Counted from the stretch's first letter, positions 1-8,459 are shown. The stretch is DNA of 64,000 nucleotides from Desulfatiglandales bacterium (GCA_963662465.1 OY759599.1:192001-256000); one strand, 5' to 3'. Made by a program: numbers and translations. Notes: generated from the letters alone by a model not told the origin.

Positions 1-132
1 ATTCCCGGCGATCAGATTCGATTTGAAATTGAACCCTTGAGAACGGGATCAAAGGTTTGGAAGGTGGCGGGAAAAGCGCTTGTGGAGGGTCAACTGGTGG
101 CCGAGGCGGTTTTGGTGGCAACCATTGGTTAA
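1..132 (+). CDS. fabZ: 3-hydroxyacyl-ACP dehydratase, 3' end (truncated by window edge)
   Basis: Frame 1 reads IPGDQIRFEIEPLRTGSKVWKVAGKALVEGQLVAEAVLVATIG*, a typical FabZ C-terminus (PGDQ..., G.LVAEA). It lies directly upstream of lpxA. Confidence 0.85.
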   Translation: MPGDQIRFEIEPLRTGSKVWKVAGKALVEGQLVAEAVLVATIG

Positions 133-133
133 T

Positions 134-161
134 TGCGGAATGCGGAGTGCGGAATGCGGAA
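134..161. repeat. 4 tandem heptamers TGCGGA(A/G)
   Basis: tgcggaa tgcggag tgcggaa tgcggaa, between the fabZ stop and the lpxA RBS. Confidence 0.9.
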
Positions 162-180
162 TATTTTGGAGGAACAATCC

Positions 181-981
181 ATGAATCAATCTCAGGAAAA
201 ACGCTCCGCATTCATCCATCCTTTAGCGGTGGTGAGTCCCGGCGCGAAGATCGCTTCCGGGGTTAAGATTGGTCCCTTCAGCAATGTGGGGGATCAGGTA
301 ACCATTGGTCGGGATACTGAGATCGGCAGTCATGTGGCCATTGAAGGGCACACGCGCATTGGAGAAAGGAACCGGTTTTATCCTTTTTCTTCCATCGGCA
401 CGCCGCCCCAGGATATCGGCTACGGGAATGAAGATACCCGCCTGATTATGGGGGATGACAATACCGTCAGGGAATATGTTACCATCAATCGGGCCACCAC
501 CAAAGAGGCATGGGAAACGGTCATTGGGAATCATAATTATTTGATGGCCTATGCCCATGTGGCCCATGACTGCAACCTGTCGGATTGGGTAATCCTGGGT
601 AATGGCGCTACCCTGGGAGGGCATGTTCATATTGGTGAGTACGCTATCCTGAATGCTTTTCTGGCGGTTCAGCAATTTGTGAGAATCGGCGCCCATGCTT
701 TTTTAGGCGCTAAAGCGGGAATTGACCGGGATGTTCCCCCCTATATGATAACGGCGGGGCCCCGGGCCAAACTCTATGGCGTCAATCAGAAGGGGCTTTT
801 AAGAAGGGGTTTTTCCCAGGAAACCATCGATATCCTGAAAAAAGCGTACCGTATTCTGTGGCGGGAAAATAAAAGACTGGATGTGGGTATTTTGCAGGTG
901 AAACAAGAGTTGGAGATGATCCCCGAATTGGCGGTTCTTCTGGACTTTCTGGGTGGGTCGAAACGGGGGGTGATCAGGTGA
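181..981 (+). CDS. lpxA: acyl-ACP--UDP-N-acetylglucosamine O-acyltransferase
   Basis: Hexapeptide repeats with GTPPQD, IREYVTINR-like and AHVAHDC motifs; GGAGG RBS before ATG 181; fabZ-lpxA synteny. Confidence 0.95.
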   Translation: MNQSQEKRSAFIHPLAVVSPGAKIASGVKIGPFSNVGDQVTIGRDTEIGSHVAIEGHTRIGERNRFYPFSSIGTPPQDIGYGNEDTRLIMGDDNTVREYVTINRATTKEAWETVIGNHNYLMAYAHVAHDCNLSDWVILGNGATLGGHVHIGEYAILNAFLAVQQFVRIGAHAFLGAKAGIDRDVPPYMITAGPRAKLYGVNQKGLLRRGFSQETIDILKKAYRILWRENKRLDVGILQVKQELEMIPELAVLLDFLGGSKRGVIR

Positions 982-1793
982 TGTCGGACCCGGATAAAAC
1001 CATCGGATTGATTGCGGGGGGTGGCCAGTTCCCGCTTCTGGTGGCGGATGCGGCAAGGAAACAGGGAACCCGGGTGATAGCCGTGGCCCATCATGGTGAA
1101 ACGGATGCGGCTTTGGCGGATAGGGTGGATGAGATTGTATGGATCAAACTGGGTCAGTTGGGTCAACTCATCAAGACGTTTAAGAAATTCGGGGTCAGAA
1201 AGGCGCTGATGGCGGGGTCTATCGCCAAGAGAAGGATGTTTGAAATGCGTCCCGATCTTAAAGGACTTGCCATCATGAGCAAACTGGCGATTTTCCATGA
1301 TGATGACATCCTGCGGTCGGTTACGGAGGAATTTGCCAAGGAAGGGGTGGAGATTGTCAGTTCCACCCTTTATCTGCCGGAACTTCTGGCGCCTGAAGGG
1401 TGTTTAACCCAAAGGCGGCCCACCAAGAGTGAATGGACGGATATTCATTTCGGGTGGAAGATTGCCAAAGAATTGGGTCGGCTGGATATTGGGCAGAGTG
1501 TCGTGGTGAGGAAAAAAACGGTTTTGGCGTTGGAGGCCATTGACGGTACGGATGCCACGATTCTTCGTGGGGGAAGCCTGGCAAAAGAAAAGGCCGTTGT
1601 GGTCAAAGTCAGTAAGCCTAAACAGGATCTTCGTTTTGATGTGCCTTGCGTGGGCATGGAAACCATTCGCGTCATGTCGCGGATCAAGGGGGCTGTTCTG
1701 GCGGTTGAGGCCGGCAGGACGCTGATGTTTGACAAGTTGGATATGATAAAGGCCGCGGACAGGGAAAAAATTGCGATTGTTGCCATTGAGTGA
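981..1793 (+). CDS. lpxI: UDP-2,3-diacylglucosamine diphosphatase LpxI (DUF1009)
   Basis: IGLIAGGGQFP, LDIGQSVVV, EAIDGTD and KPKQDLRFDVP motifs; follows lpxA. Confidence 0.92.
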   Translation: MSDPDKTIGLIAGGGQFPLLVADAARKQGTRVIAVAHHGETDAALADRVDEIVWIKLGQLGQLIKTFKKFGVRKALMAGSIAKRRMFEMRPDLKGLAIMSKLAIFHDDDILRSVTEEFAKEGVEIVSSTLYLPELLAPEGCLTQRRPTKSEWTDIHFGWKIAKELGRLDIGQSVVVRKKTVLALEAIDGTDATILRGGSLAKEKAVVVKVSKPKQDLRFDVPCVGMETIRVMSRIKGAVLAVEAGRTLMFDKLDMIKAADREKIAIVAIE

Positions 1794-1862
1794 AAAGTGA
1801 AAAGTGAAAAGTGAAAGGTGAAAAGTGGACCACTCTTAACTCTTCACTTTTCACTCTTCACT
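1790..1862. repeat. heptamer inverted-repeat hairpin: 5x GTGAAAR followed by 4x T(C/T)TT(C/A)AC
   Basis: gtgaaaa x3, gtgaaag, gtgaaaa, gtg-gac-cac, tcttaac tcttcac ttttcac tcttcac. The first unit supplies the lpxI TGA stop. Confidence 0.9.
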
Positions 1863-1877
1863 AACATGGAGACAAGG

Positions 1878-2852
1878 GTGAAAAAGGATAAGCTTAGAGT
1901 TGCGGTGATCGGTGTGGGGCATCTGGGTGAGTTTCATGTGCAGAAATACAAGGCCTTGCCTGAGGTAGAACTCGTGGGTGTTGTGGACGTGGACCGGGAA
2001 CGCGTCAAAGAGATTGCGGGCCGGTATGGTATTGTGGGCCACGCGACCCATTCAGAGATCCTGACGCAGGTGGATGCCGTGAGTCTGGCGGTGACCACCG
2101 AGATGCATTTTAATGTGGCCAAAGACGTTTTGGCAAACAATGTCCACATGCTCATTGAAAAGCCCATTACCTATGACTTGAAAGAAGCGGATGTGCTGAT
2201 CCATATGGCCCGTGAACGAAATCTGGTGTTGCAGGTGGGGCTCATCGAGCGGTTTAATCCGGCCATCAAAAAGTTGGAACCCCTGCTCAAAAATCCTGTT
2301 TTTTTAGAATCCCACCGCATGAATCTGTTTACGACCCGGGGTCTGGATGTAGATGTGGTGCTTGATTTAATGATTCATGATCTGGATATTATTCTTCACC
2401 TGGTGCGTAGCAAGGTGAAGTCGGTACACGCGGTTGGGATGCCGGTCATCACGGAAAAGACGGATATTGCCAATGTGCGCCTTATTTTTGAGGACGGGAC
2501 CGTGGCCAATCTGACCGCCAGCCGTGTTTCAGGGAAAATGTTGCGAAAAATTCGGGTGTTTCAGCCTGATGCCTACTTTTCCGCCGACTGTGGAAAACGG
2601 CAGCTCACCGCCATTAACCTGGATTCAACGGTGAAAGACGTCAATGATTTTCCTCAAGTCGCCACCACCAAAGTGAAATTTGAGGCGAGCGATCCTCTGG
2701 CCGATGAGATTTCTTCCTTTGTGAACGCCGTCAAAAGTGGTTCCGAGCCGGTGGTGACGGGTGAGGATGGGCGGAATGCCCTGAGCGTTGCCTTGAGTAT
2801 CATTCATCAGATTGAGCGAGGCTGTCAGAATTTCGAGCCCATCTTCACATAA
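1878..2852 (+). CDS. Gfo/Idh/MocA family oxidoreductase, GnnA-like
   Basis: VIGVGHLG Rossmann motif, EKP, ERFNP and DLMIHDLD; sits between lpxI and lpxB; GTG 1878 follows GGAG (alternative start 1866). Confidence 0.85.
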   Translation: MKKDKLRVAVIGVGHLGEFHVQKYKALPEVELVGVVDVDRERVKEIAGRYGIVGHATHSEILTQVDAVSLAVTTEMHFNVAKDVLANNVHMLIEKPITYDLKEADVLIHMARERNLVLQVGLIERFNPAIKKLEPLLKNPVFLESHRMNLFTTRGLDVDVVLDLMIHDLDIILHLVRSKVKSVHAVGMPVITEKTDIANVRLIFEDGTVANLTASRVSGKMLRKIRVFQPDAYFSADCGKRQLTAINLDSTVKDVNDFPQVATTKVKFEASDPLADEISSFVNAVKSGSEPVVTGEDGRNALSVALSIIHQIERGCQNFEPIFT

Positions 2853-4014
2853 CAGGAATCACAAACTGGTCCTGATGGTGGCGGGAGAGGCTTCCGCTGA
2901 TTTGCACGGCGCAAATCTGGTCCATGCCATGAAACGGTTATGCCCCGGGGCCGTTTTTTGCGGCATTGGGGGAGATCACATGGCGCAGGCGGGGGTCAAC
3001 TGTTTTGTTTCTGCCTCCGATTTGGCCGTGGTGGGCTTAATGGAGGCTTTTGGAAAGTTCCACACCCATGTAAAAGCTGCCAATATTCTGAAATACGTCT
3101 TGAAAATCCACCGTCCCGACCTCCTTATTCTCATCGATTATCCCGGTTTTAACCTCTATATGGCGCGAATCGCCAAGGAACTGAAGGTCCCGGTTCTCTA
3201 TTATATCAGCCCCCAGGTATGGGCATGGCGGCGGGGCAGGGTCAGGAAAATCGCCAAACGGGTGGATCGAATGGCGGTCATCCTGCCCTTTGAGAAACCG
3301 TTTTTCCAGAAAACCGGTTTACAAGTGGACTATGTGGGTCATCCCCTGATGGACGCCTTTGAAAAAAGGATGGAACAGGTGAAACCGGACGCCGCAATCC
3401 GCAATCCGCAATCCGCAATCCGCAATCCCATTGTGGGATTGGTTCCCGGCAGTCGACGGGAAGAAGTTAAAAATCTCCTGCCCGTCATGCTTGATGCCTG
3501 CGAAATACTTAAAACCGAATTCCCCCGTATTCGTTTCATTCTGCCTCTTGCGAAAACCATTTCTCCGGAATGGCTGTTCCCGTTTCTGGAAAACACTGCC
3601 CTCGATATAGAGATTTGCCGTGAAGGCATCTATAGTGCATTAAGCGGGTGTCATCTGGCCCTGGTGACGTCGGGCACCGCCACGTTGGATGCGGCCATCA
3701 TGACCGTTCCCATGGTGGTTCTCTATAAGGCGAAGGCCCTGACGTACCAGGTTGCGAAACGGGTGATCAAGGTGCCCTATCTGGGCTTGGTCAATCTTGT
3801 GGCGGGAGAAAGAGTGGCGCCGGAGTTGCTTCAGGATGAGGCGACCCCCGAAAGGCTGGCCATTACCGGTAAGCGGTTTCTGATGGATGAAGACTTCAGA
3901 CAACAGACCATTCGCAAGCTTCAAGTAGTAAAAGCGAAGCTTGGCAGGGGAGGAGCGTCGGAAAGAACCGCCCGAATCGCCCTTGAGATGATGGGGTGTT
4001 CCGAATTAAGTTGA
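2812..4014 (+). CDS. lpxB: lipid-A-disaccharide synthase
   Basis: AGEASADLHG, IDYPGFN, YYISPQVWAWR, VGHPL, PGSR and SGTATL motifs; start codon uncertain. Confidence 0.95.
   Translation: MSEAVRISSPSSHNRNHKLVLMVAGEASADLHGANLVHAMKRLCPGAVFCGIGGDHMAQAGVNCFVSASDLAVVGLMEAFGKFHTHVKAANILKYVLKIHRPDLLILIDYPGFNLYMARIAKELKVPVLYYISPQVWAWRRGRVRKIAKRVDRMAVILPFEKPFFQKTGLQVDYVGHPLMDAFEKRMEQVKPDAAIRNPQSAIRNPIVGLVPGSRREEVKNLLPVMLDACEILKTEFPRIRFILPLAKTISPEWLFPFLENTALDIEICREGIYSALSGCHLALVTSGTATLDAAIMTVPMVVLYKAKALTYQVAKRVIKVPYLGLVNLVAGERVAPELLQDEATPERLAITGKRFLMDEDFRQQTIRKLQVVKAKLGRGGASERTARIALEMMGCSELS
3392..3428. repeat. 5 perfect tandem heptamers CCGCAAT inside lpxB
   Basis: ccgcaat x5 plus cc; translates as AIRNPQSAIRNP. 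Confidence 0.95.
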
Positions 4015-4026
4015 GAGGCAGACGCA

Positions 4027-5406
4027 ATGGCCAAAACAATCCTTGTGGTCGATGATGAAACCAGTATTTTGCAATCTTTGGAGGGAATCCTTTCCGATGA
4101 GGGCTTTGAGGTTGCCGGCGCTGAGAGTGGCCTTGGGGCATTGGGAAAAATTGAAGAAATGATGCCCGATCTGGTGCTGCTGGATATATGGATGCCGGGG
4201 ATGGACGGGATTGAAACCCTTGAAAAAATAAAGTCCCTCTATCCGAGTCTTCAAGTGATCATGATGTCGGGGCATGGAAACATTGAAACGGCTGTTAAGG
4301 CGACCAAAGTGGGGGCCTACGATTTTATTGAGAAACCCCTGTCATTGGAAAAGCTGCTGTTGTCCATCAGCAACGCATTGGAGCATTCCCGGCTTGAGGA
4401 AGAGGTTTATTTCCTGAAGGACAAGGCCGAAAACAAATATAATATTGTGGGAACCAGCGAGGCCATTACAGCGTTGAAGGAACAGATTCGAATCGTTGCC
4501 CCGACCAATGCCTGGGTCCTCGTTTCAGGGGAGAATGGTACCGGAAAAGAACTGGTCGCCCATACCATTCATCGATTGAGCCGTAGAGCCCGAAAACCCA
4601 TGATTGAGGTAAATTGCGCGGCGATCCCTGAAGATCTCATTGAAAGCGAACTTTTCGGGCATGAAAAGGGGGCCTTTACCGGCGCCTCCACCATGAGAAA
4701 AGGGAAATTTGACTCAGCTCACGAGGGGACGATATTTTTGGACGAAATCGGGGATATGAGCCTCAAGGCCCAGTCCAAGACGCTCCGAATCCTGCAGGAG
4801 CAGAAGTTTGAACGGGTGGGGGGTACAAAGACCATTGAGGTGGATGTCAGGGTAATTGCTGCTACCAACAAAGACCTGGAAACAGAGATTGGAAAAGGGA
4901 CTTTCAGGGAAGATCTCTATTTCCGATTGAATGTGATTCCCATGCGTGTTCCTTCACTGAAGGAGCGTGTGGAAGACATTCCCAGTCTTGTGGATGAATT
5001 TGTGTCGGAATTTACTCTCAGTGCCAAGGTTGATCCCAAGGAGTTCCCCCCCGAGACCCTGGCGTTGCTGCAAAAATATGACTGGCCTGGCAATGTGAGG
5101 GAATTGAAAAATCTCATTGAAAGATTGATGATCATGACGCCGGGGGGCGTCATTCGCAAGGAAGATATCCCGGCGCCCTATAATCGAAGCGCCCAAACGG
5201 TGAGGGCGGGGCTTGAGCCGGGGTTCGGAGTCTTCGCTTACCCTGCCCTGGATTCTCTCAAGGAGGCAAAGGGCGAGTTTGAAAGGGCCTTTATTGAGGA
5301 AAAACTCAATGAGTACAACGGAAATATCTCTCAAACCGCCGAAGCCATCGGCATTGAGCGGAGCAACCTCCACAAAAAAATCAAACAATATAACCTGGGC
5401 CGGTAA
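4027..5406 (+). CDS. sigma-54-dependent response regulator (NtrX/NtrC family)
   Basis: REC domain (LDIWMPGMDG), GENGTGKE, GAFTGA, WPGNVRELKN and a Fis-type HTH; the position after lpxB is typical of ntrX-like genes. Confidence 0.92.
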   Translation: MAKTILVVDDETSILQSLEGILSDEGFEVAGAESGLGALGKIEEMMPDLVLLDIWMPGMDGIETLEKIKSLYPSLQVIMMSGHGNIETAVKATKVGAYDFIEKPLSLEKLLLSISNALEHSRLEEEVYFLKDKAENKYNIVGTSEAITALKEQIRIVAPTNAWVLVSGENGTGKELVAHTIHRLSRRARKPMIEVNCAAIPEDLIESELFGHEKGAFTGASTMRKGKFDSAHEGTIFLDEIGDMSLKAQSKTLRILQEQKFERVGGTKTIEVDVRVIAATNKDLETEIGKGTFREDLYFRLNVIPMRVPSLKERVEDIPSLVDEFVSEFTLSAKVDPKEFPPETLALLQKYDWPGNVRELKNLIERLMIMTPGGVIRKEDIPAPYNRSAQTVRAGLEPGFGVFAYPALDSLKEAKGEFERAFIEEKLNEYNGNISQTAEAIGIERSNLHKKIKQYNLGR

Positions 5407-5409
5407 GGG
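5391..5409 (+). repeat. 19-bp direct repeat, left copy (TAACCTGGGCCGGTAAGGG)
   Basis: Identical to 6792-6810; covers the last codons and stop of the regulator gene. Confidence 0.9.
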
Positions 5410-5419
5410 GATATAAGAA

Positions 5420-5806
5420 ATGATCAAATTCCGGTTAAAGATTGCAAGTGCGTATCTGGATGATGCGATGATGCTGTTCAGAGAAAAACGATTTAACAGT
5501 GCTGCCTCAAGAGCCTATTATGCATCCTATCAGGCCATGTGGGCGGCGCTTGGAGAACCGAAAGAGGGAAAAGTCTGGCGGCACCTCGGCATTATAAAGC
5601 ATTTTGTAACAGGATACTGGTTTGAATCGGGTCAAAAAGGGATTGGCCCCGGTTTGCTGGAGGAAAAACGGCTGCCGTTGAGGAGGCTATATTCCTACCG
5701 TATCAGAAGCGATTATGAAGCAACGTTTGTAGATGAAGATCAGTTGGCGGGTCTTCTGGAAATTGTAAGGCAGGTTATTCAATTCATTGAAGAAAAAGTG
5801 AGGTGA
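5420..5806 (+). CDS. HEPN domain protein (UPF0332-like)
   Basis: SRAYYASYQA, H.GII and RIRSDY motifs; 128 aa, helical. Confidence 0.8.
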   Translation: MIKFRLKIASAYLDDAMMLFREKRFNSAASRAYYASYQAMWAALGEPKEGKVWRHLGIIKHFVTGYWFESGQKGIGPGLLEEKRLPLRRLYSYRIRSDYEATFVDEDQLAGLLEIVRQVIQFIEEKVR

Positions 5807-5810
5807 GCAA

Positions 5811-6086
5811 ATGCTGGAAGCGAAAACCCTGGATAAGCGTCTGGCCGAAGCAGTTGCCAGGTTTGTCGATGCACTTCACCATATGTATCCGGGAATCAAT
5901 ATAAAGCCTATTGCCGGTTTTGAAGAAGAAGACTTCACGTTTGAGGTCGCAATTCCGAGAAGCCTTTCCCTCGAAGATGTTCTTGAGGATTGTCACAAGG
6001 AATGTATTAAGGTAGAGGATGAATACGATCTCTTTATTCTTCCCCATGTCATCTATGAGGGTGATCGAAAAATGCATGTTGTTTGA
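5811..6086 (+). CDS. small acidic protein, possible degenerate MNT-like partner of the HEPN protein
   Basis: 91 aa with GAGGTG RBS, 4 bp after the HEPN gene; acidic EEED motif but no GS motif. Confidence 0.55.
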   Translation: MLEAKTLDKRLAEAVARFVDALHHMYPGINIKPIAGFEEEDFTFEVAIPRSLSLEDVLEDCHKECIKVEDEYDLFILPHVIYEGDRKMHVV

Positions 6087-6106
6087 GAAGGACAGCATAA
6101 GGCTTG

Positions 6107-6135
6107 CTTTTACCACAAACTCCAAGTGGTAAAAG
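6107..6135. terminator. stem-loop after the HEPN pair
   Basis: cttttaccac-N9-gtggtaaaag, a perfect 10-bp stem. Confidence 0.45.
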
Positions 6136-6420
6136 AGGCACTCTGGAAGGGAAGGACTTCGGCAAGAACCGACCAAACGTAAGCTCAAACAGGTCGAAAG
6201 TTTCAGAGATCGTCATTGGGCAGCAATATGCTTCAGAGGCATGGCAAATGCCAGAAATTTTGTGCCATTTATGTCTGGGGCAAAAAATGCGCACAAAAGT
6301 CCATTTATGTTGGCAAACGGAGAAACATATGACTTGCCATGGATTCAAGTTATGAACATGCATAATGCTTTCCTGTTTAATGATGCTTGAGAGCAATATT
6401 GCTCTCGCATATACTTATAG

Positions 6421-6765
6421 ACCTGTGCCGTCATTGTAAATACGAGGGATGCCATTGAAGCTGTGCGCCTGTGCGAAGATGCCGGCGGCGTTATTGAAGT
6501 GCTAACTCGCGTCGGTAAAACCGTCCCCACTGATGTCAAAATTCTCATCAAGGATACCGGATGCGGGATTAAGGCCGATGTGGATAAAATTTTCGACCCG
6601 TTTTTCACCACTAAAGAAGTCGGAAAGGGAACCGGGCTCGGGTTATCAATTAGCTATGGGATCATCAACGCGCACAAAGGCAAAATTGAAGTGACCGAAA
6701 CCGGCCCGGCTGGGACGATATTCCGCATTGCGTTACCGGCCATAATTCCCCTGAACGAAAAATGA
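6421..6765 (+). pseudogene. orphan HATPase_c fragment of a histidine kinase
   Basis: N-box remnant IVNTRDAI, DTGCGI and FDPFFTTKEVGKGTGLGL; in-frame TAG at 6418-6420 and no H-box upstream. Confidence 0.85.
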
Positions 6766-6791
6766 AAGGGGATTTCGGAGCCCTCGCTCAC

Positions 6792-6810
6792 TAACCTGGG
6801 CCGGTAAGGG
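6792..6810 (+). repeat. 19-bp direct repeat, right copy
   Basis: Identical to 5391-5409. Confidence 0.9.
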
Positions 6811-6816
6811 CGAGAC

Positions 6817-8391
6817 TTACTGAATCACCAGGTTCCAGCCGGAAATGACCCCTTTCAAAATACTTAAGGATTTAACGTTTGAAAATGAAGTTCTTGTCGT
6901 GAATGCGGCATCCCATCCTCCATCCAGGTCGATGTGCTTGTCGCTGTTCAGGACCAGGTCCTCATCATAGGCTCCCTGTTCCACTTTCAGGGTATAAGAG
7001 ATTCCCCCCGCCCAATCAAGGCCTTCCTGGATGCTGGAATAGCAGGGGGTGTGCTTTCCACATAGCCCGCCGGGTGAAATGTAGATAATTGCCGCGGATT
7101 CGTATTCATAGGCGCCCATGTCCGGTGCTGTGCCGGAGGGTCTTATGTTTCCTGCGATATCCGGCGTGCAGGAATGGGCAGGTGTGCCGGCGTCAATGGC
7201 CGGACTTCCCGCTTTCAATTGATAATCATTGCCGGCAGGGTTTTGAAAGGTTTCCCAGAGGGCGCCGGTGACCGAATGGTTATCGTAACCCAGGGATTGC
7301 CATTCACTGAAGAGGAACCGGCCGTTGCTTGTTTCGGCTACTTGCCCCTGATTGGGCAGAAGGTTGTAGTTTGAGGTGATTTTCAGTTCGCTGGTGCTGC
7401 TGGTGGAAGAGAAGCTGGGCACGGATCCTTCCGTCAGAATAATATTGTTGTAAAAACTGTTCCGGTTGGCGCCGTAGTTGAGACCGATTCCGTAGTAGGC
7501 GCCGTCGGGCGTGATGATGGTATTCTGGTAGGCTTCATTGTCGTTTGAGGGGACGGCGCCGTCCTGTTGGAAAAAGGCGATACCCCTGAATTTGTTGTCG
7601 TAAACCAGGTTGTTTCGGAAGGTGGACCAGGTGACGCCGTCCAGGTTTATTCCCGTGGCATTGTTGTTGTGTATCCAGTTGCCGTCCACCATGGCGTAAG
7701 AGATGGTGCCGTCTCCCCCCGAGCTGATATCTCCGTTCATGTGAAGTCCGATGGCTGTGTTGTCATGGAGCCGGTTGTTTTTAATGGTGGGATAATCAGA
7801 GCTGTCGGCCACGTAGATGCCGATGGCCCCGTTAAAGGCCTCGTTGTTTTCAAAGGTTACGCAGTCGCTCAGGGAGCAGAATAGATTGGCATGATTTGCG
7901 CCTGATACGGTGTTGTTGCGAATGATGCAGCCTTTGGCATGGGTCAACCGAATTCCCCGGCTGTTGGGATCCAAGGAAGCATAGACCGTCAGGTTGTCAA
8001 TGATGATGTAATCAGCAAAAAATATTTCCAGACCGTTTCGGCCGGCATATGCTGTTAGATCAACCACTACACCTGTGCCATTCCCCTTGAATGTAATGGG
8101 ATTTCCAGCGGTTCCGGAGGTGGTGATGCTGATTTGTTGAGACGCTGAATAGATTCCGGGATTGATTAGCACCGTGTCTCCCGCTACGACCGTTTCCACG
8201 GCGTGGTGGATGGTTTTCCATGGTCTGTCCGATGCCCCGTCGTTTGCATCGTTCCCGTTGTTGTCGACATAGTAGGTGGCGCCGCCTGCTGATTCCAAAG
8301 CAAGGGTATATGACTTTTGAGCCGCTCCCGCTGTGAGCAGAACTAAAAACAGGCAAGTCAATACGCGCATTAGGTTTGCGGTAATTCTCAT
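6817..8391 (-). CDS. secreted right-handed beta-helix (pectin-lyase-like) protein with choice-of-anchor Q-like segment
   Basis: Signal-like N-terminus, YYVDNNGNDANDG..PWKTI, repeated N-rich beta-helix rungs, LKAGSPAIDAG...PDMGAYE; start 8391 or 8370. Confidence 0.8.
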   Translation of the reverse strand: MRITANLMRVLTCLFLVLLTAGAAQKSYTLALESAGGATYYVDNNGNDANDGASDRPWKTIHHAVETVVAGDTVLINPGIYSASQQISITTSGTAGNPITFKGNGTGVVVDLTAYAGRNGLEIFFADYIIIDNLTVYASLDPNSRGIRLTHAKGCIIRNNTVSGANHANLFCSLSDCVTFENNEAFNGAIGIYVADSSDYPTIKNNRLHDNTAIGLHMNGDISSGGDGTISYAMVDGNWIHNNNATGINLDGVTWSTFRNNLVYDNKFRGIAFFQQDGAVPSNDNEAYQNTIITPDGAYYGIGLNYGANRNSFYNNIILTEGSVPSFSSTSSTSELKITSNYNLLPNQGQVAETSNGRFLFSEWQSLGYDNHSVTGALWETFQNPAGNDYQLKAGSPAIDAGTPAHSCTPDIAGNIRPSGTAPDMGAYEYESAAIIYISPGGLCGKHTPCYSSIQEGLDWAGGISYTLKVEQGAYDEDLVLNSDKHIDLDGGWDAAFTTRTSFSNVKSLSILKGVISGWNLVIQ

Positions 8392-8408
8392 CTTGGAATG
8401 ATAACCTC

Positions 8409-8459
8409 GTGGGAGCGGCTTTCCTGCCGCGAAAAGTCGCGGCAGGATGCCGTTCGTAC
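8409..8459. repeat. REP-like palindromic doublet
   Basis: GTGGGAGCGGCTTTCCTGCCGCGA-aaag-TCGCGGCAGGATGCCGTTCGTAC; GTRG-headed imperfect hairpin. Confidence 0.65.

Noticed and set aside
133..180. Extended N-termini for lpxA (133) and the GnnA-like gene (1818)
   Set aside because: The extensions are translations of heptamer repeats (MRNAECGMRN, LLTLHFSLFT). RBS-supported starts lie downstream.
6104..6396. Short ORFs in the islet spacer (6104-6355 +, 6049-6396 -)
   Set aside because: No RBS or motifs, and they overlap hairpins and palindromes, so the region is more likely non-coding.
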